Shown: one piece after another, positions 22,716 through 31,986 of the stretch
How positions within the stretch are numbered: the stretch's first letter is position 1
Layout: every line of letters starts with the position of its first letter
Assembly (NCBI GenBank): GCA_963737815.1
Contig: CAVTUB010000006.1
Location: forward strand, 25,824-89,823
Source of the DNA: an uncultured Nitrososphaerales archaeon
GTDB taxonomy: Archaea > Thermoproteota > Nitrososphaeria > Nitrososphaerales > Nitrososphaeraceae
DNA length: 64,000 bases
Direction: 5' to 3'
The notes under the pieces: generated by a model
What the model was told of the DNA's origin: nothing
Database searches by the model: none
Seen by the model: only the letters and a program-made list of their open reading frames with translations
Position numbers and translations under genes: made by a program

Positions 22716-24785
22716 ATGGTTAATGGTATATTAGGTTTCGAGGGATTCGCAATCAACGCCTGGTTGGTATGGATGTTGCCATTCATAGGTGCTGCTGCTA
22801 TTGCTGCTGTAGCTCGTTACGGACACAAAATTAGAGATTATTTCGCAGTGGGTTTATCGCTTGCTAGTGCGATATTCGCAGCAACCTTATTACCTTTAGG
22901 TGTCTCCGGTGGTGAAATACACAGTCAAATACCATGGATTTCTACACTAGGTCTAGAGGCTGGAGTATTAGCGGATCCGTTGTCGATACTCATGACTAAT
23001 GTAGTTGCTTGGATTTCATTTCTAATTTTTGTGTACTCTGTTGGGTATATGCATGGAGATAGAGACATGACTAGATTTTGGTTTTTCATGCTCTTCTTTA
23101 TCGGATCGATGCAGCTAATTGTACTGTCAGATAATTTACTCATGGTTTTCTTCGGTTGGGAAGGAGTTGGACTTGCGTCCTATGCACTTATTGGTTTCTG
23201 GTATCATGACCGCAAGAAAGATTATGTGGGAAGAGAAGGTGAAAGAGCCGCTGGGATATCTTTATGGGCCTCACCTACTCATGCTGGCATGAAGGCATTT
23301 TTGATGACCAGAGCCGGGGACACCATGATGCTTGCAGGAATGTTTCTCATATTTGCCTATGCTGGGACATTCGGATTTAGAGAACTTATCGAGAACCAAC
23401 AATGGGCAAACCAAATGGCACAGCAAAATCTGTTGGTTCCAGCTGCAGTATTAATATTTGGGGGCGCGATAGGTAAGTCTGCACAGTTTCCGCTCAATGA
23501 ATGGCTTTTGGAGGCTATGACAGGGCCTACGTCGGTGTCAGCATTGATTCATGCTGCCACGATGGTCAAAGCAGGTGTCTTCATAGTTGCAAGAGTCGGA
23601 CCCTTATTCTTCGCTGTGGCAGCATTTGGCATGACTCAATTTTTCGAAGTTGTTGCTTGGACTGGTGCAATCACTGCATTTCTACTCGCCACTCAGGCAA
23701 TAGTCAATCCCGAAATTAAGAAGGTATTGGCTTATTCCACAGGCTCGCAAATTGGTTACATGATGATGGCTCTTGGTATTGCCGGATTATCGACTCAGTT
23801 CGTTGAAGGCTATACTGCAGGATTCTTTCAACTGATGAGTCATGCTCTGTTCAAGGCATCGCTTTTCATGGGTGCCGGTGCCCTTTTGCATACTGTTGGA
23901 TCTAGGTTTTTGACTGATATGGGGGGTATGCGTAGGCATATGAAAAAGACATATATTTTCATGATGCTTGCCGGTCTCTCATTAGCTGGAGCTCCTTTCG
24001 TAACCTCTGGATTTTGGAGCAAAGATGCAATTTTTGCAGCAGTATTAGATTCTGGTTATTCTTACAGCTGGGCATTATTTGCGATAGCTGTTATCGTTGC
24101 TGTGATGACTGCCTTTTACACATTTAGGATGATTGGTATGGCTTTCTTTGGAAAAGAGAGCAAACATTTAGAACAGATGCAACAAGAAGGACACCATCTA
24201 CACGAAGTCGGAAAAATTATGTGGGTCCCGTTTGCAGCTTTGGCAATAGCTACAATAGCTATCGGCCTGATTGGCATTGCGTTTGAAGAACAGCTACACC
24301 ACATTTTTGGAGAGTACCTTGCTCATTCCTTTGGCATCGGCGAAGAAGGGGCGGAAGGTCGAAACGCAGTAGAAGCAGAGCAGGGTGGAGTATTTCTAGG
24401 TCTCAATGGAATAGCAGTAATAGCATCAGTTGGCGCATTCAGCGTAGGAGGCATACTTGGATACATATTCTACATTGCTAGAAAGGCTGACCCGCAGGTG
24501 ATTTCGAGAAACATTATTACAAGGGCGGTCTGGAAATTCCTCTACAACAGATGGTACCTTAATTCTGCTCTGTATTGGGCCGCAGTGATAGTTCCCCTTG
24601 CAGTTTACAGAATCATTTGGCGATACTTTGAGAGCGTGGTTATAGATGGTATGAACCCTGCCTTGCAATTCTCTATGACTTATTTTTCTAGAGTGGTCAG
24701 GGGAGCACAAACAGGAATAACTCAAACGTACCTTTTCATATTTGCAGTTGGCATCGTGATAGTTACGATGTTGCTATTTCTATAG
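22716..24785 (+). CDS. nuoL: NADH-quinone oxidoreductase subunit L
   Basis: GWEGVG, GKSAQFPL..WL..AMTGPTSVSALIHAATMVKAG. Confidence 0.95.
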   Translation: MVNGILGFEGFAINAWLVWMLPFIGAAAIAAVARYGHKIRDYFAVGLSLASAIFAATLLPLGVSGGEIHSQIPWISTLGLEAGVLADPLSILMTNVVAWISFLIFVYSVGYMHGDRDMTRFWFFMLFFIGSMQLIVLSDNLLMVFFGWEGVGLASYALIGFWYHDRKKDYVGREGERAAGISLWASPTHAGMKAFLMTRAGDTMMLAGMFLIFAYAGTFGFRELIENQQWANQMAQQNLLVPAAVLIFGGAIGKSAQFPLNEWLLEAMTGPTSVSALIHAATMVKAGVFIVARVGPLFFAVAAFGMTQFFEVVAWTGAITAFLLATQAIVNPEIKKVLAYSTGSQIGYMMMALGIAGLSTQFVEGYTAGFFQLMSHALFKASLFMGAGALLHTVGSRFLTDMGGMRRHMKKTYIFMMLAGLSLAGAPFVTSGFWSKDAIFAAVLDSGYSYSWALFAIAVIVAVMTAFYTFRMIGMAFFGKESKHLEQMQQEGHHLHEVGKIMWVPFAALAIATIAIGLIGIAFEEQLHHIFGEYLAHSFGIGEEGAEGRNAVEAEQGGVFLGLNGIAVIASVGAFSVGGILGYIFYIARKADPQVISRNIITRAVWKFLYNRWYLNSALYWAAVIVPLAVYRIIWRYFESVVIDGMNPALQFSMTYFSRVVRGAQTGITQTYLFIFAVGIVIVTMLLFL

Positions 24786-24804
24786 GAGAAATGAAGAAAC
24801 AAAA

Positions 24805-26310
24805 ATGGTAGTCGATTTATCATCAACCCCGATAATAATCACGATAGTTCTCGGGGTTGTTGGACTTGCAATTCCTGTAATTGATGCACTTAAAAAAGAA
24901 AGAGGATATAACAACCGACTTTACAGTGCGATTGCTTTTGGAGCCCTTGCCATCTGCATAGGATTTGTAATTTTCCGTGTAATTTCAGGTGAAGTATTAC
25001 CTGCCGTTGCATTTGGCCAGGATGTTCTCGCAGATGACATGCTCGGATCTTTTTTTGCGATTGCTTTATTGATAGTTTCTCTAATGGTAACTGCTTCCTC
25101 ATGGGACTATATGAAGGGTAAGGCAAACCCTGCTCCGTATTATTCGCTGATTCTACTTTCTAGTGTAGGGATGGTTTTAATTGCCTATTCTACTGACCTT
25201 CTAATGCTATTTGTTTCATGGGAATTAATGTCGTTGCCAACATACGCTCTAGCGGCATTTTCTAAGCGAGATCCGATTTCAAATGAAGCAGCAATAAAAT
25301 ACTTTATGTTCGGCGCCCTTTCGTCTGGGATCCTTGTCCTCGCTATTGGTTTCGTCTATGGTATCACTGGAACAACAAACATAGGGGAATCTATCACGGC
25401 TATGGCAAGTCTGGACCCAGACCTCATTCCTATAGGTCTTGTTGCAATTGCCTTGTTCATTGCAGGTTTCGGGTTTAAGATGGGATTGGTGCCATTTCAC
25501 ATGTGGTTACCTGATGCTTATGAAGGCTCGCCGACTACAATAGGGGCCTTACTTGCCGCAGGCACAAAAAAAGCCGGTTTTGCAACCGCTATCCGGGTTG
25601 TAGTCCTCGGAATGTTTGCACTAAATCTAGACTGGACAATCACACTTGCGGTGATAGCAGTTTTCACAATGACTTTGGGAAATTTCGGCGCTCTTATTCA
25701 AAAAAGCTTACCCAGAATCCTTGCCTATTCAAGCATAGCACAAGCTGGTTACATACTCATAGGCTTAGCAATTGCGCCGTATTCTGACCAAGCTTTGAGT
25801 GGCTCGCTATTTCATATCTTTAACCATGCCATAATGAAGTCCACGGGTTTCATAGCAACTGCAGCTGTTGCAACAGCTTTGGTTGGCTACAGCTTAGAAA
25901 AATACAGAGGACTTGGCATAAGGATGCCTCTCACTGCCATCGCACTTGCTATTTCTCTATTGGCGTTGGCTGGTGTACCTCCACTTAATGGCTTTTGGAG
26001 CAAGTTAGTGATTTTTGGAGCAGCGATAAACAGTTCTGCATACGTATGGTGGGGACCGTATCTTGCGATTGCTGGGGTATTGAACAGTGCCCTTTCATTG
26101 GGATACTACGCATGGATAATTAGAAAAATGTATATGGAGCAGGGGCCTGACATGTCTAAAATAAAGGAACCAAAGGCCATTCTCGCAGTGCTCTTGTTCG
26201 GACTTGTATTTATGGTGGTGTTTGGTGTCTGGCATGCTCCTCTACTGGAATTTGCGACGCTCTCTGTACCTGATCTTACGAATTTGATCAACGTGACTCG
26301 GCCATCGTAG
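24805..26310 (+). CDS. nuoN: NADH-quinone oxidoreductase subunit N
   Basis: EAAIKYF, FKMGLVPFHMWLPDAYEGSP, LAYSSIAQAG. Confidence 0.95.
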   Translation: MVVDLSSTPIIITIVLGVVGLAIPVIDALKKERGYNNRLYSAIAFGALAICIGFVIFRVISGEVLPAVAFGQDVLADDMLGSFFAIALLIVSLMVTASSWDYMKGKANPAPYYSLILLSSVGMVLIAYSTDLLMLFVSWELMSLPTYALAAFSKRDPISNEAAIKYFMFGALSSGILVLAIGFVYGITGTTNIGESITAMASLDPDLIPIGLVAIALFIAGFGFKMGLVPFHMWLPDAYEGSPTTIGALLAAGTKKAGFATAIRVVVLGMFALNLDWTITLAVIAVFTMTLGNFGALIQKSLPRILAYSSIAQAGYILIGLAIAPYSDQALSGSLFHIFNHAIMKSTGFIATAAVATALVGYSLEKYRGLGIRMPLTAIALAISLLALAGVPPLNGFWSKLVIFGAAINSSAYVWWGPYLAIAGVLNSALSLGYYAWIIRKMYMEQGPDMSKIKEPKAILAVLLFGLVFMVVFGVWHAPLLEFATLSVPDLTNLINVTRPS

Positions 26311-26556
26311 CTCAATATGAGACACCATTTACGAAAACGTCGTGACTTCTTTTCATGTGTATTCAGTGGTTTCTCCTCGAGCCAAGTCAGTTATGAAAAA
26401 ATTAATGCTAAATAAAAACAAGATTTGAAGAACTGATATTATTAATTATGTAATTTTCTCATATCTTACAACTCCTCGTTAGGAATTCTGAATTAATCAC
26501 TAATGCAGTAACAACAAAGTCATAACTCTGAAGTAAAATTTCACTCTTGAACTCTA

Positions 26557-27435
26557 TCAAAATTGAACCGAGCTCAAGTCGGTTAAAAGTTGAAGATGAC
26601 TCTTGGACATGCTTTCGCCAAATTTTCGAAGCTCGTTCTGCGCTTTTTTGGAATAAGATTTATACATTTTGTCCATATTGCTAACGAATTCCATGGACTG
26701 AATATTTCTTTTTACCAGCAAGTTAAAAAGCCTATCTTCATTGTTCCAGTCTAACAAGTCATCGTGTATCTGATACGCAATTCCAAGAAGGTTGCCAAAA
26801 GTTCCCAAGGCATGAATCTGGTCCTCGTTTCCATCCCCAAGGATAGCACCTATCTTGGTAGATGCTTCGAAAAGGGATGCAGTCTTATGTTCAATGACCT
26901 TGATATATTCATCCTCCGTTATGTCTTTATGTTTCGCAAGTTTGATTTCCATCATCTCGCCTTCGCTCATTTTTGTTGCTGCATTTGAAAGCTCGGTGGT
27001 AACTCTAGAGTCATTCATTTTTGATCCAATACTTAGGATAATACCAAGTACGAAATCAGCCGTAAGAATACTACTATTGTATCCATACTTTATATGAAAT
27101 GACGGTTTACCACGACGAAGCTTCTCCTCGTCTATTATGTCATCATGAATAACCGACTCAGTGTGTAGAAGTTCAATAGCTGAACCCACCATGAACGCTT
27201 CGTCAGTAACATGAGAAGAGTCGCTGTGAGAAGCTCGAATGGTCTCAGCTGATAATACCAATAGAAGAGGCCTGATCCGCTTGCCACCTTCACAGGCGTA
27301 TCTTAGCGGTGCATAAAATTCTGACCAAGAATAAAGATCGAGCTCTCTATTAAGAGCATCTTCTATCTTAGAAAGATACTGGTTGAATTGTTCTACTAAA
27401 GGATTGGCTTTGACATTCGTACCACCTGGATTCAA
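26557..27435 (-). CDS. Second trans-polyprenyl diphosphate synthase (probably medium/long chain)
   Basis: GGKRIRP, HTESVIHDDIID (non-aromatic at -5), RRG, YQIHDD. Confidence 0.88.
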   Translation of the reverse strand: MNPGGTNVKANPLVEQFNQYLSKIEDALNRELDLYSWSEFYAPLRYACEGGKRIRPLLLVLSAETIRASHSDSSHVTDEAFMVGSAIELLHTESVIHDDIIDEEKLRRGKPSFHIKYGYNSSILTADFVLGIILSIGSKMNDSRVTTELSNAATKMSEGEMMEIKLAKHKDITEDEYIKVIEHKTASLFEASTKIGAILGDGNEDQIHALGTFGNLLGIAYQIHDDLLDWNNEDRLFNLLVKRNIQSMEFVSNMDKMYKSYSKKAQNELRKFGESMSKSHLQLLTDLSSVQF

Positions 27436-27548
27436 AGATCAGTTCTTGCCTGAATTTATTTGGAAGTAAGAAGCATATTAATGCGTTTCCTAGATAAATG
27501 CGAGCTGAGTTTCTTTTCTAGCTATGGATGCTGCATTTGGATCGATAT

Positions 27549-27653
27549 TGCTCCGGCCGGGATTTGAACCCGGGATCTGCGACTTGAAAGGCCACAATGC
27601 TTGACCGGATTGTGCAACCGCTTGGAGAAAAGCAATTCCTACACCACCGGAGC
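27549..27653 (-). tRNA. tRNA-Glu(TTC) with a 29-nt intron at position 15/16 (27610-27638)
   Basis: Removing 27610-27638 gives a 76-nt tRNA colinear with the intron-less tRNA-Glu(CTC) at 38591; anticodon loop CTTTCAA. Confidence 0.9.
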
Positions 27654-27774
27654 AAATGTAGTTATCTAATTAAAGTTACTTCAAATAAAATCTTTTTCTT
27701 TTTCGATCTCATAAACAAACGCTTTAGTTGCACAACATTTTTCTATCCGTTATAGTTATCTCAAAATATAGACC

Positions 27775-28440
27775 ATGGATAATCTGGTGCAAAGAATTGA
27801 TTTAGAAATTGAAAGGCGTAGCCTGCTGAAGCATAAATTTTATCGACTTTGGTCGGAAGGAAAACTAGATTTAGTTGACCTCAAGGGATATTCATCAGAA
27901 TACTTTCAGCTGGTAAAGGCTGTCCCTCTAATGGTAGATAATGTTCTTTCCTATTGCACCAAGGACATGCCTTTAAGATCTGCAATACAAGAAAATCGTA
28001 GAGAGGAGACTGAGCACATCGAATTGTGGGCAAAATTTGCAGCCAGTTTGGGGATAAAGTCGGATCAGCTTGTCGATTATGTTTCATCTGAAGCGACGAA
28101 TAATGCCGTTAGCGTTCTGATAGAATTAACAAAATTGTCTCTGGGCAAGGGAGCCGCGGTGATGTACGCTTATGAAAAGCAGTTACCAGAGATAAGTAGA
28201 TCCAAAATTGATGGCTTGAAGAATTTTTACGGGATAGTTAATAACACGGAAGCCACAGAGTACTTTGAGGTTCACGAAAAGGTGGACATAAAACATGCAG
28301 CAGTATGGAAAAGCATTCTGGATAAGGCTTCCGATAATAGTTCCGAATCGCTACTTCAAGCTGCTACTGAATCTCTGCGGGCTCAGAACAGATTATTGGA
28401 CTCAGTATATGAACGGTACATCGAACCTGTCACTTCATGA
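27775..28440 (+). CDS. CADD/PqqC-like heme-oxygenase-fold dimetal protein
   Basis: HKFYRLWSEG, EE..H..LW, YAYEKQ, YFEVHEKVDIKH. Confidence 0.85.
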   Translation: MDNLVQRIDLEIERRSLLKHKFYRLWSEGKLDLVDLKGYSSEYFQLVKAVPLMVDNVLSYCTKDMPLRSAIQENRREETEHIELWAKFAASLGIKSDQLVDYVSSEATNNAVSVLIELTKLSLGKGAAVMYAYEKQLPEISRSKIDGLKNFYGIVNNTEATEYFEVHEKVDIKHAAVWKSILDKASDNSSESLLQAATESLRAQNRLLDSVYERYIEPVTS

Positions 28441-28556
28441 ATTTTGTTAACTTAAACTCCATTTCTGTAGATGTATTCAGTACTTTTTCTCTTACTTGAT
28501 TGAACGGTACTTAAAACCTTTATAACCATCTTATTAAAAAAAGTCCTGTCTAAGTC

Positions 28557-28630
28557 GGGCCCATAGCTTAGCCTGGTAGAGCGACCGGCTCATAACCGGT
28601 AGGCCAGGGGTTCAAACCCCCTTGGGCCCA
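28557..28630 (+). tRNA. tRNA with CAT anticodon, most likely tRNA-Ile2 (agmatidine type)
   Basis: GGGCCCA/TGGGCCC acceptor typical of archaeal Ile tRNAs, ACCGG-CTCATAA-CCGGT arm. Confidence 0.88.
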
Positions 28631-28733
28631 CTATAAAGAAGGTTCAAGTCTCCAAACAGAAAAAGCTAAAGCTTAATTCATTATTACTATTGTGCATATG
28701 TTTAAAACCTCATCTGGGGGATAGCAAGTATGT

Positions 28734-28895
28734 TCAGAAATAGGACATTTGAACCAATATTAACAGGTACTCCTTCGTCTCTTCGAAAATAATTTGTGCT
28801 AAATATTGATCAACACCAATCTTATTTGAAAGTTCAGAAGTCGTGCATTCTCTTACTGCGTCAGTCAACTGCAATAGGTAAATGTCAGATTCCAA
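28734..28895 (-). CDS. Small hypothetical protein or remnant (53 aa, TTG start)
   Basis: Hand translation ...SELSNKIGVDQYLAQIIFEETK..., HhH/HTH-like pattern; not in ORF track. Confidence 0.35.
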   Translation of the reverse strand: MESDIYLLQLTDAVRECTTSELSNKIGVDQYLAQIIFEETKEYLLILVQMSYF

Positions 28896-29045
28896 CGTTT
28901 CTTATGTATAAATATTAAATATAACTTGTACTGATATTAGCAAACATGTCATTTATACTGGCAAGGCAGTTAAAGAGAGAAACGTTAAAGCTTCAACTTT
29001 TAATATAGTATAGAACCCTTTCTTAAGCTGCTATCGTCACGGGGA

Positions 29046-29055
29046 CTTGGGCCCA
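29046..29055 (+). repeat. Direct repeat of the tRNA-Ile2 3' end (CTTGGGCCCA), att-like
   Basis: Identical to 28621-28630. Confidence 0.5.
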
Positions 29056-29522
29056 GTATGATCTTTAGGGTATATTATGACTAAGACCGAAAGATAGTCG
29101 TATAGCCCTCCAAGAAATTAATCAGTTTTTATTTATTAGATATTGTATACCCTATTCACCCTCTTTTTTTCCGCCTTGGCATCGTCTACAATTGTCCATG
29201 ACATCTTGATATTTCTGCCACAGGTTATCAATAGAAATTATCTTGCTCATAATAATGCTATTAGTTGGAACAATAGTGTCTGTTCGTTGATTATTCATGG
29301 CTAACAAACATGCCGGCTTTTGATCAAGGCAAAATAATGTAGATAATGTTTACCAAGGTTTAGTCAACTCTTTCCCAACGCAAATTTTTGATACTTAATC
29401 CAGCTAACCTTTCCGAATGATCTCAGCACACTCGAATGTTTACTCTCTGGCTATCCGACGCCGGGACTAGGTTAATTCTGGCAATTTATTTTTTTGGTCA
29501 TTAATGGTTCTGAACACCCTAG

Positions 29523-29557
29523 ACTGCAGTCACTGGACAGTCACTGCAGTTTATATA
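29523..29557 (+). promoter_or_regulatory. 28-bp near-perfect palindrome abutting a TATA box (TTTATATA) upstream of the C2H2 gene
   Basis: ACTGCAGTCACTGGACAGTCACTGCAGT, 24/28 positions self-complementary. Confidence 0.65.
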
Positions 29558-29603
29558 TCATAGTGTATAAGTTAATTATCTAAATGCCTCCATGTGAAAA
29601 GTA

Positions 29604-30716
29604 ATGGCAAGGGACCCCTACCGATGTACTTACTGCACTCAGACTTCCTCTAGGAAGTGGAACCTGAACATTCACATGCAGAGAAAGCACAATGGTATGG
29701 AGAATCCTTTCAAATCCGCTTCAACTCCACATCCTGGTGTTGAACAATTTTCGTCTTCTGACGATGGTAAGTTACCGAAGAATAGCAACTCTCGTTTTAT
29801 CCCAAGGTCTCGTCACCGGGGAGGGCAAGCATCTTTCGCCTCTGATATCAACCGATATCTTCCCGAAGACGGTTCTAACTTATCAAGGGAAAAGGGAAGA
29901 GATTCTTTGGATTGCCTAACCGAGGAACTGCGTCAGTCTATCGAAATCAAAACCATGTTCAATAAAATGAAGCACCCTATTAACCCAGAGCCATTCGCTT
30001 CAAATCTTATACCATTATTGATTGGCTTAATTTCAACTCGAAACTCTACTAATCTCGGTATTTTTCCGCTACTAAGTATTATTAACGAAAATAAAAAAGT
30101 TGGAATTAGAGGACATATTTGTGAAAATTGTCTTACTTATTGGGCTGACTTATTATACAGTAACAGTGAAGAGCTGATATCGCAAATAAGGTCTACTAAA
30201 CCCACTCCCCATTCATGCAATCCTAAAAATGTTGCAAATGCTCATAAAGTTCAAGATATTGAAAACAAGAAGAGAGATCTAGAAAATCTATTACACAACT
30301 TACTTCTCTCAGCAATACTCGGTTGTATATTATTTTGGTCGAAAAAACCATATTTAAAGACTGAAGAATTAAAGTATCCGCCTAATTATTCTATTGATCT
30401 TTTACTAAACCAACGCGACCACCCTCGGAGAGAAAATGATAGTGCGGAACAGCAATTATCCCGAAGATGTTGGATTGAAGGAGAGGAGGTTAATTGCAAT
30501 CCCATCAATATTGACTTAACCAGTTTGGCAGAAAAACACTGGGCTTACCGCGCGATAAGTGATACAGTTCGATTTGGAAAATCATTATTAGCAATGGATA
30601 ATAACGAACTGATTGATTTCCTCAAGACCGTAAAGGGAACCTTTGGTGTTCTTACAACTGATATAGGTGATTCGATTCGCCACTTCTTTATATGTATATC
30701 ATTCGAAAACCAATAA
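29604..30716 (+). CDS. C2H2 zinc-finger-containing protein, 370 aa
   Basis: N-terminal YRCTYCTQTSSRKWNLNIHMQRKH; second CENC...HSC cluster. Confidence 0.8.
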   Translation: MARDPYRCTYCTQTSSRKWNLNIHMQRKHNGMENPFKSASTPHPGVEQFSSSDDGKLPKNSNSRFIPRSRHRGGQASFASDINRYLPEDGSNLSREKGRDSLDCLTEELRQSIEIKTMFNKMKHPINPEPFASNLIPLLIGLISTRNSTNLGIFPLLSIINENKKVGIRGHICENCLTYWADLLYSNSEELISQIRSTKPTPHSCNPKNVANAHKVQDIENKKRDLENLLHNLLLSAILGCILFWSKKPYLKTEELKYPPNYSIDLLLNQRDHPRRENDSAEQQLSRRCWIEGEEVNCNPINIDLTSLAEKHWAYRAISDTVRFGKSLLAMDNNELIDFLKTVKGTFGVLTTDIGDSIRHFFICISFENQ

Positions 30717-31242
30717 GATAATTTAACGGGATAAAAAAGATATCTAGCCTTGAATAAGGACTGAACATAATGCTTGACGATTATCGGAAATTTTTTAGTC
30801 GAATCTTATGCATTAATGTCAGTTTCGTCTCTTCAGATTACGATATTTCTCGGGTTTACATTATGAAGAATTCATCCACTCCGTGGACAGAGACAATATC
30901 ACTTAAACTACTCACTGAGAATCAATCTTTTGAACATCTAAAAATGATGAAACCAGCTTCAATAATAAATTTTGGTACCTAATTGAAAGGACAAGGAGAT
31001 TCTACCTACGTGTAGCATGTAATAAATAACTAATCGGATTCTTTAGATGAGGCCGAAGTCTCGACTGGATGCTTCAAATCAGATATACGTTCTGCATGGC
31101 CCAGAAAAATTGACTGAAAAATACGTATCACTTGGATGAATTCTGGTATTGGGTTAGGTCAGGAGCGAACCATCTTTTGAAAAAAAACTGGCGCTCCCTT
31201 GTATGCTATCCTTCTCACACCTTGGTGTTCGTCAGATCAGTC

Positions 31243-31686
31243 TTAATTGTTTGACGGGTCACTCTCGTCGCTACTGTCTACTTCATCATCAGAAGTCTCA
31301 TCCCCTGTATCATCTGTTGAACCACTGGGAGTCGAAGTTGTAGTATCAGTTGCGGTGCCAGTATTATACAATGGAGCAAAACAGTCTCTGATTTCTTGTT
31401 CAGTCGGAGTAGAGTCGCTGCTGCCGTCCAACGCATTTGTAATGTCTTCTTCTGAAACCTCTCCGCCAAAGAGACATTCCATAAATTGTTGGAAATTTTC
31501 TCCCTCGTCGGAGCTTCCAGTTGGAGAAGTACTATCTGGTACCCCTCCGGTAGTGGACGGAGTGTCAAACGTTGGTTGTGCATAACTTGGTTTGATAATT
31601 TCCGAGTCTGCCGGTGACATCATAACTGCAATTGCCAAAGCAACAACAGTTGCAACGGTGAAGGTTGTCAATGATTGTATATTCAT
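31243..31686 (-). CDS. Secreted acidic Ser/Thr-rich hypothetical protein
   Basis: Hydrophobic N-terminal signal, low-complexity linkers around a two-Cys core. Confidence 0.75.
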   Translation of the reverse strand: MNIQSLTTFTVATVVALAIAVMMSPADSEIIKPSYAQPTFDTPSTTGGVPDSTSPTGSSDEGENFQQFMECLFGGEVSEEDITNALDGSSDSTPTEQEIRDCFAPLYNTGTATDTTTSTPSGSTDDTGDETSDDEVDSSDESDPSNN

Positions 31687-31986
31687 ATTTCTATTTGCTG
31701 CCTGCTAGCGACATAAATATAAACGATTGAGTATCATTTTTATGTTGTAATGTAATTAACTTTTTTACTAGATTTATCTATGTATACTGCTAGCTTCGCT
31801 GATACCGGTGATATGATATTTCTCTTGCATGGCTTCGCCCCTATCCTAAGGATATAATGAGATCAACGTATTCAACGACCTGATGGAGACTTTTCCGACG
31901 ACACCCGAGGACAATGCAAGAGCACATGCATCGTACCATTTATAGCAATCTACATTGGTATAACTGATACCTCTAGGTTTTTCAAG

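Noticed and set aside
29100-29300. 48-codon minus-strand ORF containing CRRC
   Set aside because: Single CxxC in a short AT-rich frame; not distinguishable from chance without homologues
30770-30982. 70-aa ORF after the C2H2 gene
   Set aside because: No motif, atypical composition, no clear promoter; cannot be supported
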